Part shown: positions 48,567 to 58,799 of the stretch, in pieces | Position numbering within the stretch: the stretch's first letter is position 1 | Layout: every line of letters begins with the position of its first letter | Virus record (IMG/VR): IMGVR_UViG_3300028197_000002 | Source of the DNA: a virus | Taxonomy: Duplodnaviria; Caudoviricetes | Length of the DNA stretch: 64,000 nucleotides | Reading direction: 5' to 3' (one strand) | Program-made: the position numbers and the translations under genes | The notes under the pieces: model-generated | The model's database searches: none | What the model was told of the DNA's origin: nothing | The model's input: the letters and a program-made list of their open reading frames with translations, nothing else

Positions 48567-49309
48567 GAAAAATCTGGATTATCCTCCGAAGGGATTGCTG
48601 TGAATAGCCATCCTATATCCTTAGAGACTTTTCCAGAAATTTTCCACCATCTATTTTCATCATATGGAACCCTATCATAACTAGAAGTTTTTGAATTATA
48701 AACTTCGTAGCAAAATGGAAATATTATAGATTTATTTTCCAATTTGTCGTTTGGATCTGTGGTCCAAAACTCTAAGCTCAGATCATTGTTTTTTGTAACC
48801 ACAGAAGGAAATATAAATTTTTCTCCATAGGATACTTTGATCCATTTTTCTCCATATAGGGAGTCTTGCCCAGTTTTTGTTTTTGCTGGCAAGCAATGCA
48901 TCAGGACTTTTCTTTTAAGTAAAGGAAATTTATAATTAGCCCATTTTGAATCTTCATTGTTTTTAGAAACTTGTTCTTTCTCAACAGGGACAGCAGACTC
49001 AGGCGGAATAGTGGGTCGTACAGGAACAGGTTGAACAGTGGGTTGTGCAGGAACAGGTTGAACAAACTCAGGTTGAACAGGGTTAACTAAAGGTTCTTTA
49101 ACTGGCGCTGGGTATCTGACTTCTTGTCCAATAGTAGAATTCAAGGAGTTTTTAGTCGATGGTTGTGCGTTTTTGTCAAAGTAAATATCGTCCCATTTTA
49201 AATTATAAAATTTAAGACTATCCATATTCCAACAATATTGGCCTTCGACTAATTTATTGGGACCTTCTAATACATAAATATCGCCATTTTTATCTTTTAT
49301 CATTTTCAT
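48563..49309 (-). CDS. hypothetical protein with a Pro-rich linker
   Basis: VQPVPAQPTVQPVP; start MKMIKD at 49309. Confidence 0.65.
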   Translation of the reverse strand: MKMIKDKNGDIYVLEGPNKLVEGQYCWNMDSLKFYNLKWDDIYFDKNAQPSTKNSLNSTIGQEVRYPAPVKEPLVNPVQPEFVQPVPAQPTVQPVPVRPTIPPESAVPVEKEQVSKNNEDSKWANYKFPLLKRKVLMHCLPAKTKTGQDSLYGEKWIKVSYGEKFIFPSVVTKNNDLSLEFWTTDPNDKLENKSIIFPFCYEVYNSKTSSYDRVPYDENRWWKISGKVSKDIGWLFTAIPSEDNPDFS

Positions 49310-49390
49310 CCTTAACACTCTAAATAAAATAGTTCGATTTTTTGTAAAAAACACATATATATTAAGCAAACCTAATTAGGAGAAAAAACA

Positions 49391-49780
49391 ATGACATTAG
49401 TGGTATCTGACGAGGGTGAAAGAAGAATTCTCGAATATATAGTAGATAGAAACATTGCACTTCATTTATATACTAATTCTGTAGCTTTGTCAGGAGAGAC
49501 ATTTAATACAGCCAGTTTCACAGAAGCAACAGAAACAGGATACGCAGCCACAACTATAACATCTGCTGGATGGGCGGCTACTACCACTGGTGGGATCAGT
49601 TCTGCTCTGTATGACAATGGAATAACCTTTTCCTTTTCAACAGGCCAAGATGTTCAAGGCTACTACATGACAGACACTTCAGACCAAATACTATGGGCTG
49701 AAGAATTTCCAGGAGCGCCTTTTCAATTGCCTGTCGGTGGTGGAGATATCGCTGTTCGTCCACAATTACAACTTGACTAA
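49391..49780 (+). CDS. putative virion structural protein
   Basis: LHLYTN...FTEAT..GYAA...GYYMT...LWAEEF; SD AGGAG. Confidence 0.6.
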   Translation: MTLVVSDEGERRILEYIVDRNIALHLYTNSVALSGETFNTASFTEATETGYAATTITSAGWAATTTGGISSALYDNGITFSFSTGQDVQGYYMTDTSDQILWAEEFPGAPFQLPVGGGDIAVRPQLQLD

Positions 49781-49801
49781 AAAAAATAACACGGAGGTAG
49801 A

Positions 49802-50350
49802 ATGGGAATTAAAAACCCAGATGGCACACCATACAAGCCAGCAGGAAGCATTAGTCAATTTGATCAAACAAATCCAGAAAGGTGTTTGTTTGATGATCTA
49901 GATTCAGAAGCAATAAAAACATTTGGATCTCCAGTTTATTATTATGAAGTTTTTATACAAACTGGATCTTTGGATAAGTTGTATAGGGAAGACAGAGGCA
50001 AACTTTGGTCCAATAATCCTATTACTTTGTATGCAAGTTACGAGCCTATTCCAAATCAAAACTATCAAAATGCTTTTGGAATAGATGCTCCTGATGAAAT
50101 CATGTTTGATATGAACTATAAAGATGTTTTAGAAAAAATAGGACATCCTCCAAAAATTGGATCTAGAATCCATAGTCCTCACAGAAACGAAGACTGGGTA
50201 ATCATTCAAAGAAACATTGGGGAAACTATGCTTTGGAGCAAAGTCAGGCTTCAAGTGTTGTGCCAAAAGTTCCAAGAGAACATTACCACAGGAGAAGGTA
50301 AGGTTTCAAATAAGAAGCCTGAATTTAAATTACCTGACTGCGAAGGTTGA
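49802..50350 (+). CDS. head completion/neck protein (T4 gp14-like)
   Basis: EAIKTFGSPVYYY, LYRED, FGIDAPDEIMF; SD GGAGG. Confidence 0.65.
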   Translation: MGIKNPDGTPYKPAGSISQFDQTNPERCLFDDLDSEAIKTFGSPVYYYEVFIQTGSLDKLYREDRGKLWSNNPITLYASYEPIPNQNYQNAFGIDAPDEIMFDMNYKDVLEKIGHPPKIGSRIHSPHRNEDWVIIQRNIGETMLWSKVRLQVLCQKFQENITTGEGKVSNKKPEFKLPDCEG

Positions 50351-50413
50351 GGCCCAATTTAAAATTTCATTAGATTGTGGCATACATAATAAAAACAATA
50401 ATAGGACAAACAA

Positions 50414-51004
50414 ATGAAAAATTTTTCAACATGGCTAGAAAATAAAAATTCTAATAAAAAAGAATTTGTCAAAAGTGTTATGGATAAGTATAGTAAAAAA
50501 CTTCCTGCTATTGATAGAGGAAGATACACAAATCTAGAAGACGAAGGCTTAGAAGGTCCTATAAGATTAAAAAGTGGCAAAGTAGTTTATTACGATACAA
50601 AAGCAGGCAAGTATTATGACAGAGATAGCGACATGTATATAAGTGATGAAGATTACATGGCTCATGAAAAAAGCGAATCAGTTGAACAAGCAAAAAAAAT
50701 AATAGCAGAAATAACAAGTATGGCTGACGTTCAAAAAACATTTAGACAAAATAGATTGGACTTAGGCGTAGTTGGTGCCGAAACTGTGCAGAGCATAATG
50801 CAGGGAATTCAACTAATGGCTTTGAAAGATACAGAAGACTTCATGTTCTTAATAAGAATGCTCAGAAATAAAATTAACGATCACGATCCAGCATTGGCAA
50901 AGGAAATATTGCAAGGCGCAAGAATAATGGCTAGTAGAGCGCAACAATCTGCAAAGAGGAAAGAAAAGCCCGGAATGCCAGCGGAAGACAATTCTGATCA
51001 GTAA
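50414..51004 (+). CDS. hypothetical protein with capsid-targeting-like N-terminus
   Basis: MKNFSTWLE; internal GLEGP...KVVYYD.KAGKYYD.DSDMY module typical of T4-like phages. Confidence 0.7.
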   Translation: MKNFSTWLENKNSNKKEFVKSVMDKYSKKLPAIDRGRYTNLEDEGLEGPIRLKSGKVVYYDTKAGKYYDRDSDMYISDEDYMAHEKSESVEQAKKIIAEITSMADVQKTFRQNRLDLGVVGAETVQSIMQGIQLMALKDTEDFMFLIRMLRNKINDHDPALAKEILQGARIMASRAQQSAKRKEKPGMPAEDNSDQ

Positions 51005-51009
51005 CAAAA

Positions 51010-51228
51010 TTAATTCATAGGTGGCTCTTGATTAAAAACCTGTTTGACAAAGTCATCGGGAATTCTTTCTTCTTCTTTTTTGTGAAAGAATTCTATAGGT
51101 CTAGCTTCATGAACTTTCCAAAAAATAAATCTTGGAATTTTTAATGGATCTCTACTTTTCTCTTTTGATGCAAAAAAAGTTTTTCTTGGTCTTTGAGATT
51201 TTATTTTTTTAAATTTAAAACTTTTCAT
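51010..51228 (-). CDS. hypothetical protein
   Basis: 72 aa ORF. Confidence 0.5.
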   Translation of the reverse strand: MKSFKFKKIKSQRPRKTFFASKEKSRDPLKIPRFIFWKVHEARPIEFFHKKEEERIPDDFVKQVFNQEPPMN

Positions 51229-52004
51229 ACTTTGTAAAATTCAGAAATATAATTAATTTTTTTGTAGTTGTTTTTTTCTAAAACAACATTGTATGTTTGT
51301 CTCATTAAATCATGATGAACAAACTCTTTTCCATTGTAACAAAAGTCAATGTTTCTTCTATTGCTCTTAGATGGGTTTTTTTCTTGATAATTATTGGTTC
51401 TAATTGTGTTTGGATGAGGGATGTGCGAAACATATTTTTCAACATTGAAAAATATAATTTCGATTAGCTTTTCAGTCTTGTCTTTCATTCTTCTGTACAT
51501 GTCAATGTCTTCCCAGCCCCAACCTTTCAACTCCTCTCTATAAAAAGGAAAATTTGATTTGTTAAAAAGACATAGACCCGAAAGTTCTTTGTTGAACTGC
51601 CAGCTTCCATGAATCATGTAATCATAACTTTCTTTTAACAGTTTGTTCTTAATGTTTAAATCATAAAGCCAACTTTCATCTAGACATATGTAATCTGCAT
51701 CTACTTTTAAAATGACTTCGTTTTTACAAAAGTCAGTAGCTAAATTTAAAGACTTGGATAAAGAGAAATATTTTTGATCCACAACTTCAAGCAAAGTCAA
51801 CTTTTTATTTTTTAATATTTTTTTGAATTCATAATTATTATATAATTTAGATTTAGAACACCAATCCACAATAATTACATCATCTACAATATCCAAATCC
51901 AACCAAGATTTTAAAGAAATTAAAAGATGGGATTCTCGATCCATACATGTAACAATCACAGATATTTTAGTTTCTTTATTTTTACTTGATTTTACCCAAA
52001 ACAT
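51225..52004 (-). CDS. glycosyltransferase GT2/GT7C-like
   Basis: ISVIVTCMDR, KVDAD, KGWGWEDID. Confidence 0.82.
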   Translation of the reverse strand: MFWVKSSKNKETKISVIVTCMDRESHLLISLKSWLDLDIVDDVIIVDWCSKSKLYNNYEFKKILKNKKLTLLEVVDQKYFSLSKSLNLATDFCKNEVILKVDADYICLDESWLYDLNIKNKLLKESYDYMIHGSWQFNKELSGLCLFNKSNFPFYREELKGWGWEDIDMYRRMKDKTEKLIEIIFFNVEKYVSHIPHPNTIRTNNYQEKNPSKSNRRNIDFCYNGKEFVHHDLMRQTYNVVLEKNNYKKINYISEFYKV

Positions 52005-52043
52005 AATAAACTAAAATAGTCAATTGAGAAACTAAATAAAAAT

Positions 52044-53036
52044 ATGAAAAGCACAAATCCTGGAAATTATCCAGACCCTAAACTTAATAATTGCAACCCA
52101 ATTAGCCCATTGCAAACAAGTGTAAATAATGATGTTACTCCCAAACAATGCGGCCCAGAAGAATCTTTAAAAAATCCAAATGGTCCCGATATGGGTTGGT
52201 TAGAAGATTCAGCAAATAAAAAGTATGGACTTGGATATGATGCTAATTGTGATCCCCAGCAATCGGGAGAAATAGTAGAAGATATAGACAAGCCAAATAG
52301 AGAAGTTGTAACAAGATACTCTAAAAGCATAAGAGGCTGTGATGAAGCAATGGTGGATATGTTCAACAATATATCTGTAATCGACGAAGATGGCAAGGCG
52401 CATAAAGTTCCAATAGTTTGGGGAACTCAAGAAAGAGCAGTAGCTTGGATTCTTCAAGATACAGCAAGAAAAGATGGAAGCTTGGTAGTAGAAAGAATCA
52501 GACTCCCGGCCATGGCCATTCATTCAACTGGCGTGGAATTCGACCAATCTAGATACACCTATCATAAAGCAATAGATTTACTAAGAAATACAAGCGATGG
52601 GAAACCCGGATTTACGGTAAAGGAACGGTACGAAAGAGATACCGTCTTTGGAGTTTCTAGAGGAATTCCTGTCAATAAAACATATTCTTTGTTGTTATGG
52701 ACAATGTACATGGAAGATATGGATCAAATATTAGAACAAATATTTTTAAAATTTTCTCCTATCGCATATATAAATGTCAGAGGAGTTAGGTGGGAGACGA
52801 GTGTGAGTTTGGATTCCATATCTAACAATGTAGATTATGAACCCGGAGATCAAAATAAAAGAATCATTAAATATGAAATAAATTTGACTACGAGAACGTA
52901 TATACCTCAGCCGATTGTTCGTAAGAAAGCCGTACTTAAAACAACTGTTGATTTTCACAATAGTGTAGAAAAAGAAAAGATAACAGAAGTTTTAGCAAGA
53001 GTTGAAGAAAAAGTAAAAGAGATAGAAGATTTATGA
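52044..53036 (+). CDS. tail terminator/sheath stabiliser (T4 gp15-like)
   Basis: KVPIVWGTQER, IRLPAMAI, MEDMDQILEQI; lies upstream of the sheath gene. Confidence 0.72.
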   Translation: MKSTNPGNYPDPKLNNCNPISPLQTSVNNDVTPKQCGPEESLKNPNGPDMGWLEDSANKKYGLGYDANCDPQQSGEIVEDIDKPNREVVTRYSKSIRGCDEAMVDMFNNISVIDEDGKAHKVPIVWGTQERAVAWILQDTARKDGSLVVERIRLPAMAIHSTGVEFDQSRYTYHKAIDLLRNTSDGKPGFTVKERYERDTVFGVSRGIPVNKTYSLLLWTMYMEDMDQILEQIFLKFSPIAYINVRGVRWETSVSLDSISNNVDYEPGDQNKRIIKYEINLTTRTYIPQPIVRKKAVLKTTVDFHNSVEKEKITEVLARVEEKVKEIEDL

Positions 53037-53257
53037 TTGAAATAAAAAATAAAACTAGAAGTCCAGTTCAAATAGTAATAAAATCATTAAAAAAACCAAA
53101 ATCTTTCACTTGCTTGAATGTTCCGGGAATAGGAGCTGGAAAGAATACCTATTACCTAGAAGATGAAAGAAAAACAGAATACGTAGATCGCGCTGAACAA
53201 ATTGGATTAATTTCTACTAGATACATTACAAATAAAGAATTGAACAAGGGAGAATAA
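53033..53257 (+). CDS. hypothetical protein
   Basis: 74 aa ORF in the tail operon. Confidence 0.65.
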   Translation: MIEIKNKTRSPVQIVIKSLKKPKSFTCLNVPGIGAGKNTYYLEDERKTEYVDRAEQIGLISTRYITNKELNKGE

Positions 53258-53262
53258 CAATT

Positions 53263-55713
53263 ATGGCAATTCTAAAAGGTTTTCCACCTTCGAATACAAT
53301 TTCACCTTCTGTTAGAATAACAGAAAAAGATTTAAGTTTTATAGAACCAGAACAATCGTCTCATTCTGCCGGTATTGTTGGATTTGCCTCTAAAGGACCA
53401 ATCAACATCCCTACAGTTGTGAGCACAACAAGACAACTTAATACAGTCTTTGGATTTCCTCACCCAGAAAGTGGAGATCCTTATTTAATTTATGCAGCAC
53501 AACAGTACCTGTTAGTTGCAAGCGAACTATATGTTGTTAGAGTTGGCGACACAGATGCAGTCAGTACAGAACGAGCTGTAGCTGCTTCTGTAGATGCTGC
53601 TAGCAACGGTGGTCAAGTTATAATTCAATCAGACACAGCCGCTGATGGAACGTCAAGCTACTACTCATTTGCTAGTACTGGATATTTCAGATGGAAATTA
53701 AACGGCGTATTGGCTTCTAAAACACTCGTTGTTTTAGCAGACGCTGATCATCCTGATGCTGACGTGAATTCTAATGGCTATGGTGCAGATCAGTTGGTAG
53801 CAGATTTAAATGCCCAATTAAGTTATGAATTTGATGGAATTCAATTCTTTGAAACAAGTGACAAAATTGGAGTTAGATCTACTTTCTCTTTTGGAACTAC
53901 TGCTACAGTAGAATTAGTTTCTGTTCAAGATGCAATTTATGGACCAAAAACCGCTGGCGTTGTGGTTCCTTTGCAAAACGTATCGCCTACAGGTCTTGGT
54001 CAACTAATGACAGTTGGTCAATTCACAGGCGGTCTAGATTACAATCAACCTTCGTCTTCTTCTCCTACTAATGGAACATGGGACTTTACTTCACTAACTT
54101 CATATGATTTGCAAGTTGTAGTTGATGGAACAGACAATGTCTTAATAGATAATGCTGTTCAAACAATCGACTTGTCAAGTTTTTCTGCAAATGCAGCAGC
54201 AACAACAGCAGATATAGTCACAGCAATAAACGCTGCCAGCCCAAGTGGATTTGCGGCTGTCGCGGTTGGAGATAATCTTTCGCTTTACACTATAGCTCAA
54301 GGTAGGGATTCAAGATTGTTGGTAAAGAGTGAAAGTTCAACTTTCGCATTCTTTGGATTCGACGCTCCTCTATCAGACCCAGATGACACAGCTAGTGCAG
54401 TAGGACCATATGTAACAGCAGAAGGAACCACTCCTTCTGGAACCGCTGGTGATGCTGACATCGCAAACTTAGGTTTAGTTGCTGGAGATGCAAATAGCAC
54501 TGGTGAAGTTTCATTAACAATTTCTGCTGATAGCGCAGGCATTGATGGAAATGACACACAAGTTGTTGTGAAAAATGACGTTAGAGAAGGAAGCTTCATA
54601 ATGGAAGTTTACAATAATGGAATTCAAATGGAATCTTGGGGGAATCTTTCTAAAGACGAAACCAGTAGATTTTATATAGAAACATTCCTAACGCTTGTTT
54701 CAGACTTTGTTAGAGTTACAGACAACTCGGCAGTTTCTGCTCCTCCAGCTGACGGGACATACTCGCTAGCAGGCGGTACAGATGGAATTCCTTCCGATCC
54801 AGACGATCAAGATTCATTATTGATTGGAAATCTTCTTGGAATGACAGGACTTTATGCTTTGTCGGAACCAGAACAAATCAATATTGACCTTGTTTCTGTT
54901 CCGGGACATGCATCCACAGGTGTTATCTTGGCCATGATTGACATGTGTCAAAATCAAAGATCTGACTGCATGGCAATTGTTGACCCACCATTTGGATTAA
55001 CAGTTAACGAAATAACGCAATGGCAAAATGGTGCTCATCCATTGAACACAACTAGATTCAATTCGGACTTTGCCGCACTTTACTGGCCTTGGTTGAAACT
55101 TAGAGATACATTCAACAACGTTGATGTATGGGTTCCACCATCTGGGTCCGTAATGGCTGTTTATGCTAGAAGTGACTTCTTAGCAGCTCCATGGTTTGCC
55201 CCCGCTGGTCAAACTAGAGGAATTGTACCAAGTGTCACAGATGTATTCAGCAGACCAACTCTAGCTGAAAGAGATTTAATGTATGGAAACAGAAATGCAA
55301 TAAATCCAATTGTTCAGTACGCAGACTTCCAAGACTTCGTTGTATGGGGTCAAAAGACCTTGCAAAGAAAACCAACAGCTCTTGATAGAGTTAATGTTAG
55401 AAGAATGATGTTCTACATAGAGAAAAGAATTAGATCTTCTTCTAGAGCATTATTATTCGATCCGAATGACGACATCTTCAGAGATAAGTTTGTTCAAATT
55501 GCAACAAAGATACTTCAAGAAGTACAAGTTGGAAGAGGCCTAACAGATTTCATCATCAAAGCCGATGAAGAAATCAATACGCCAGATGTTATAGATAGAA
55601 ATGAATTCAGGGCTAGAATCGGTGTTCAGCCCACACGAGCAGTAGAATTTATGTTCCTAGAATTTAGCATTCATAGAACCGGAAGCTTTGATCAAATTGC
55701 TGAAAGTTTCTAA
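53263..55713 (+). CDS. gp18: tail sheath protein (T4 gp18-like)
   Basis: SPSVRITEKDLS, YWPW, VPPSG, PWFAPAG.TRG, VWGQKTL, DRVNVRR, EFMFLEF. Confidence 0.97.
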   Translation: MAILKGFPPSNTISPSVRITEKDLSFIEPEQSSHSAGIVGFASKGPINIPTVVSTTRQLNTVFGFPHPESGDPYLIYAAQQYLLVASELYVVRVGDTDAVSTERAVAASVDAASNGGQVIIQSDTAADGTSSYYSFASTGYFRWKLNGVLASKTLVVLADADHPDADVNSNGYGADQLVADLNAQLSYEFDGIQFFETSDKIGVRSTFSFGTTATVELVSVQDAIYGPKTAGVVVPLQNVSPTGLGQLMTVGQFTGGLDYNQPSSSSPTNGTWDFTSLTSYDLQVVVDGTDNVLIDNAVQTIDLSSFSANAAATTADIVTAINAASPSGFAAVAVGDNLSLYTIAQGRDSRLLVKSESSTFAFFGFDAPLSDPDDTASAVGPYVTAEGTTPSGTAGDADIANLGLVAGDANSTGEVSLTISADSAGIDGNDTQVVVKNDVREGSFIMEVYNNGIQMESWGNLSKDETSRFYIETFLTLVSDFVRVTDNSAVSAPPADGTYSLAGGTDGIPSDPDDQDSLLIGNLLGMTGLYALSEPEQINIDLVSVPGHASTGVILAMIDMCQNQRSDCMAIVDPPFGLTVNEITQWQNGAHPLNTTRFNSDFAALYWPWLKLRDTFNNVDVWVPPSGSVMAVYARSDFLAAPWFAPAGQTRGIVPSVTDVFSRPTLAERDLMYGNRNAINPIVQYADFQDFVVWGQKTLQRKPTALDRVNVRRMMFYIEKRIRSSSRALLFDPNDDIFRDKFVQIATKILQEVQVGRGLTDFIIKADEEINTPDVIDRNEFRARIGVQPTRAVEFMFLEFSIHRTGSFDQIAESF

Positions 55714-55750
55714 TTTCAAGATTATAAAGATTTAAAGGGAGAATTAAAAT

Positions 55751-56317
55751 ATGATTAACATGGGTATAGGCGAAGTGGGTGGCGCAAACGTACTTCACAA
55801 GCGTAAATTCAGATGGACATTTGAACTTACTCGAGAAGGAGATACTATTGTTCCAGTTCACTATGTGAAACTTGCCGCAAGACCAAATATTAGCATTGAA
55901 GAAACTGAAATAAATTTCCTCAATGGAAAAACATGGATTCCGGGCAAAGGAACTTGGGAAACCGTAACAATTACATACTACGATGTATCTGTTGATGGTG
56001 GACAAGGAAACATTGGACTTTGGAATTGGCTCGCAACTGTTTATGACTTTACAAATCCTGTAAAGTTAACTCAAAGTACAAGAAGAGATAATTACTCTTG
56101 TGACGCAACCTGCACTCTTTATGATGGTTGTGGAACTGCTCTTGAAGCTTGGGGAATGGGAGATGCTTGGCCAACTGCGGTTAATTTTGGAGAATTGGAT
56201 TACGCAACTTCAGAAGAATGTACAGTGGAAGTTACCATGAGATATGCTAACGTAAGCTACGCTAACTTCTGCGGACCAGACGTTACACCTGAATGCGAAG
56301 GCTGCACAGGCGGTTGA
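55751..56317 (+). CDS. gp19: tail tube protein (T4 gp19-like)
   Basis: KRKFRW, RPNISIEETEINF, GKGTWETVTITYYD, AWPTAVNFGELDY. Confidence 0.9.
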   Translation: MINMGIGEVGGANVLHKRKFRWTFELTREGDTIVPVHYVKLAARPNISIEETEINFLNGKTWIPGKGTWETVTITYYDVSVDGGQGNIGLWNWLATVYDFTNPVKLTQSTRRDNYSCDATCTLYDGCGTALEAWGMGDAWPTAVNFGELDYATSEECTVEVTMRYANVSYANFCGPDVTPECEGCTGG

Positions 56318-56371
56318 TGTATCAGGATAGTTCGTATTACTTTACTCCTTTATTTAGTAGATAATTAATTG

Positions 56372-56402
56372 GCAGGAGGGGCTATTTAGTCCCTCCTGCT
56401 TT
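56372..56402 (+). terminator. intrinsic terminator after the tube gene
   Basis: gcaggaggg ... ccctcctgc followed by ttt. Confidence 0.75.
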
Positions 56403-56420
56403 AATATATAAGGAAAAAAT

Positions 56421-56945
56421 ATGGTCAACATGGGTCTAAACTCGTTAGGAACTTCTGACGTATGTTTTAAAAGAAAATTTAGATGGCTTTTTTTAATTCC
56501 ATCTGTTTCTGGAGCTGAAATCGGAATGCTACCTCCAGAAAGAGGAGCAAGACCTAGCGTTACAATAAAAGAAAACGAAGCTCAACATTTAAATGAAATA
56601 ATATACTTTCCAAGCAAGCCAGACTGGAAGCCAATAAATTTAACTTTATATGATTTAAAGTTAAATAGAAACCCAGTTATTGAGTGGCTTTCTAATCAAT
56701 ATAACCCACAGACGGGCGCATGGAACATAGGTTACGGAGAGGTGCAAGATCCTGCTAGCGATTTTAAAAAAGATGCGACCATACAAATGCTTGATGGTTG
56801 TGGGGACGTAATTGAAGAATGGGAGCTAGAGAATGTCTGGCCTAATAACATTGAATGGGGAGAGCTAGATATGTCAGATTCTAATTATATGACAATAGAT
56901 CTTACTTTAAGATACGACAGAGCTTATAAAACTATACAAGGCTAA
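56421..56945 (+). CDS. second tail tube-like protein (gp19 family)
   Basis: KRKFRW, WKPINLTLYD, VWPNNIEWGELD, LRYDRA. Confidence 0.8.
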   Translation: MVNMGLNSLGTSDVCFKRKFRWLFLIPSVSGAEIGMLPPERGARPSVTIKENEAQHLNEIIYFPSKPDWKPINLTLYDLKLNRNPVIEWLSNQYNPQTGAWNIGYGEVQDPASDFKKDATIQMLDGCGDVIEEWELENVWPNNIEWGELDMSDSNYMTIDLTLRYDRAYKTIQG

Positions 56946-57166
56946 TCTAAATCTTTTTGCAAAAGCTCTTTCATTTCTTTTAGCTTTTCTTCCAACTCTT
57001 TTGTTTTTAAATTTAATTTTCTACAAGCTCCGCTTTTGTTCAGTCTGCCTTTCTTTGTGTAAACTTTATTTTCGTGTTCAAGCAAAGCTGCAACTATTTC
57101 TCCATAGCCATTTTCAATTAATTTATCTATGAGTTCTTGTATTTCTAATTGATTTATCATATTCAT
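56942..57166 (-). CDS. small HTH-like protein
   Basis: LNKSGACRKLNLKTKELEEKL. Confidence 0.5.
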   Translation of the reverse strand: MNMINQLEIQELIDKLIENGYGEIVAALLEHENKVYTKKGRLNKSGACRKLNLKTKELEEKLKEMKELLQKDLD

Positions 57167-57205
57167 AATTTTTAATTTTACAAAATTTTCTAGTTAAATC
57201 AACAT

Positions 57206-57751
57206 TTAATTTCTATCTTTATTGCTTATAAAAACTTGCTTTCCATTTTTTATCATTACGTGATTATCGCAATATTGAAAATAATTAAGAAATCTTTTTT
57301 TAAGTTCGTTATAATTTCGAGCGGTTCTATAAAGTTGTCTAAAATGATTTAAAATACATGTGGTCATATAATTAAAAGCTTTGCCCTTTCTCGAATCAAA
57401 TCTATTTATTTTTTCAAAACAAATAACAACTCCTTCTTGTATAGCATCATCTTGATCTATTAATTGAAATTTCGCATAATTAGTTATATTCTCAGATAAA
57501 GTATAAAATGCAGTGGCGAGATGCTCTTTAGAGTTTTCAAATTCTTTTTCTAGCTCAAAATATTTTTTATTTTTATTTAAAAGATCAACTTCATATTCTT
57601 TATGCTTTATGCTTTTTGACTTTCTTCTTTTTATAGTATTCTCTAAACTTTCTATAATTAATTTTGTTTTTTCTTTTTGTCTTTTAGAAGTTTGAAATTT
57701 ATTAATTATTTGTTCAAAGTACTTGTTGTTTAAGTATTCGCTTTTCATCAA
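57206..57751 (-). CDS. gp55: late-transcription sigma factor (T4 gp55-like)
   Basis: DAIQEGVVICFEKINRFDSRKGKAFNYMTTCILNHFRQ (sigma region 2); no region 4. Confidence 0.75.
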   Translation of the reverse strand: MMKSEYLNNKYFEQIINKFQTSKRQKEKTKLIIESLENTIKRRKSKSIKHKEYEVDLLNKNKKYFELEKEFENSKEHLATAFYTLSENITNYAKFQLIDQDDAIQEGVVICFEKINRFDSRKGKAFNYMTTCILNHFRQLYRTARNYNELKKRFLNYFQYCDNHVMIKNGKQVFISNKDRN

Positions 57752-58595
57752 TCTCCTTTGTCCAAGTTTCTATTCTAGAAATCGCCTCTTGTGTTGCTTC
57801 TTCTAGCCAAAGTGAAACTTGTTTATAGTATTCAGGGCTATATAAAAGACCAGAGGTTAAACTCCTACAATGGTCGATATATTTGTCTTTGTTTCTTTGA
57901 AAATTTTCTTCTTTTCCTATTAATTTAACAGGCAAATTGTATTGTCTTAAAATTACATTTCCTAAAATTTCAGTGTCTGGCCAATTTGGTCTTGTTGGGT
58001 TTGGTTTGTAGTCTTTAATATCATAAAGAGAAGAAAGTCTTCTCATGCTCCATCCAAATCCAATCTTATCCATTGTTTCCATATGGTACATGCTGGCTGT
58101 GTGCGAAATCATTCCTACCCAATCCTCATGCTGTCTTGGGCTTATTTCATATCCAACCGCTGGGTATTTGTCGTCTAAATGACAACCACAATATTTTAGT
58201 AAATATTCTATAAAATCATTTTTCATCAAAAATACATCTGCGTGTGTGGCAAACATAAATTCTGTTCTACACACAGCTTGTGCTAAATCCATTGCCATAG
58301 CAGGAAAATCTGACGGATGACAAACACCATTAAGTCTTAAAGAATGAACTTCAACATCATCGTCAGCAAGGCTATTTATTTTTTCTAAATTTTCTTTTTT
58401 AGAACCAGTATCTACAATTACAATATAAGGCTTTATTGTTTGAAGCTTTAATATTTCAACGCATATTTTTAAAGATTCATATGTGTCTAGCACGGGTATG
58501 GCCGCTGTAACCTTATATTCCCAAGGCTTTTTTGAACACGACCCTTCCCAAGGCCTTTCCTCTACTGATTTGTTTCTTAAAGGTGCAATTGTCAT
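57714..58595 (-). CDS. glycosyltransferase family 2
   Basis: AIPVLD, IVDTGS, THADVF. Confidence 0.75.
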   Translation of the reverse strand: MTIAPLRNKSVEERPWEGSCSKKPWEYKVTAAIPVLDTYESLKICVEILKLQTIKPYIVIVDTGSKKENLEKINSLADDDVEVHSLRLNGVCHPSDFPAMAMDLAQAVCRTEFMFATHADVFLMKNDFIEYLLKYCGCHLDDKYPAVGYEISPRQHEDWVGMISHTASMYHMETMDKIGFGWSMRRLSSLYDIKDYKPNPTRPNWPDTEILGNVILRQYNLPVKLIGKEENFQRNKDKYIDHCRSLTSGLLYSPEYYKQVSLWLEEATQEAISRIETWTKEIDEKRILKQQVL

Positions 58596-58613
58596 AACTA
58601 TAATAATAGTAGT

Positions 58614-58799
58614 ATGAAATGGGAAAAATCAATATTTGCTTTAAATTCAATTCTAGAAAATCCATTTGTTCAAACAGGATACAAAGAATTAATTAAATAT
58701 TATGAGTCCAATGAAATGCAATATGAAAAAGAGTGTTTAGATTTTTTATTGAAATTAAAGTTTGAAAATGACAACGATTCAAATAATAACAAAGAATAA
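58614..58799 (+). CDS. hypothetical protein
   Basis: 61 aa ORF. Confidence 0.55.
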   Translation: MKWEKSIFALNSILENPFVQTGYKELIKYYESNEMQYEKECLDFLLKLKFENDNDSNNNKE

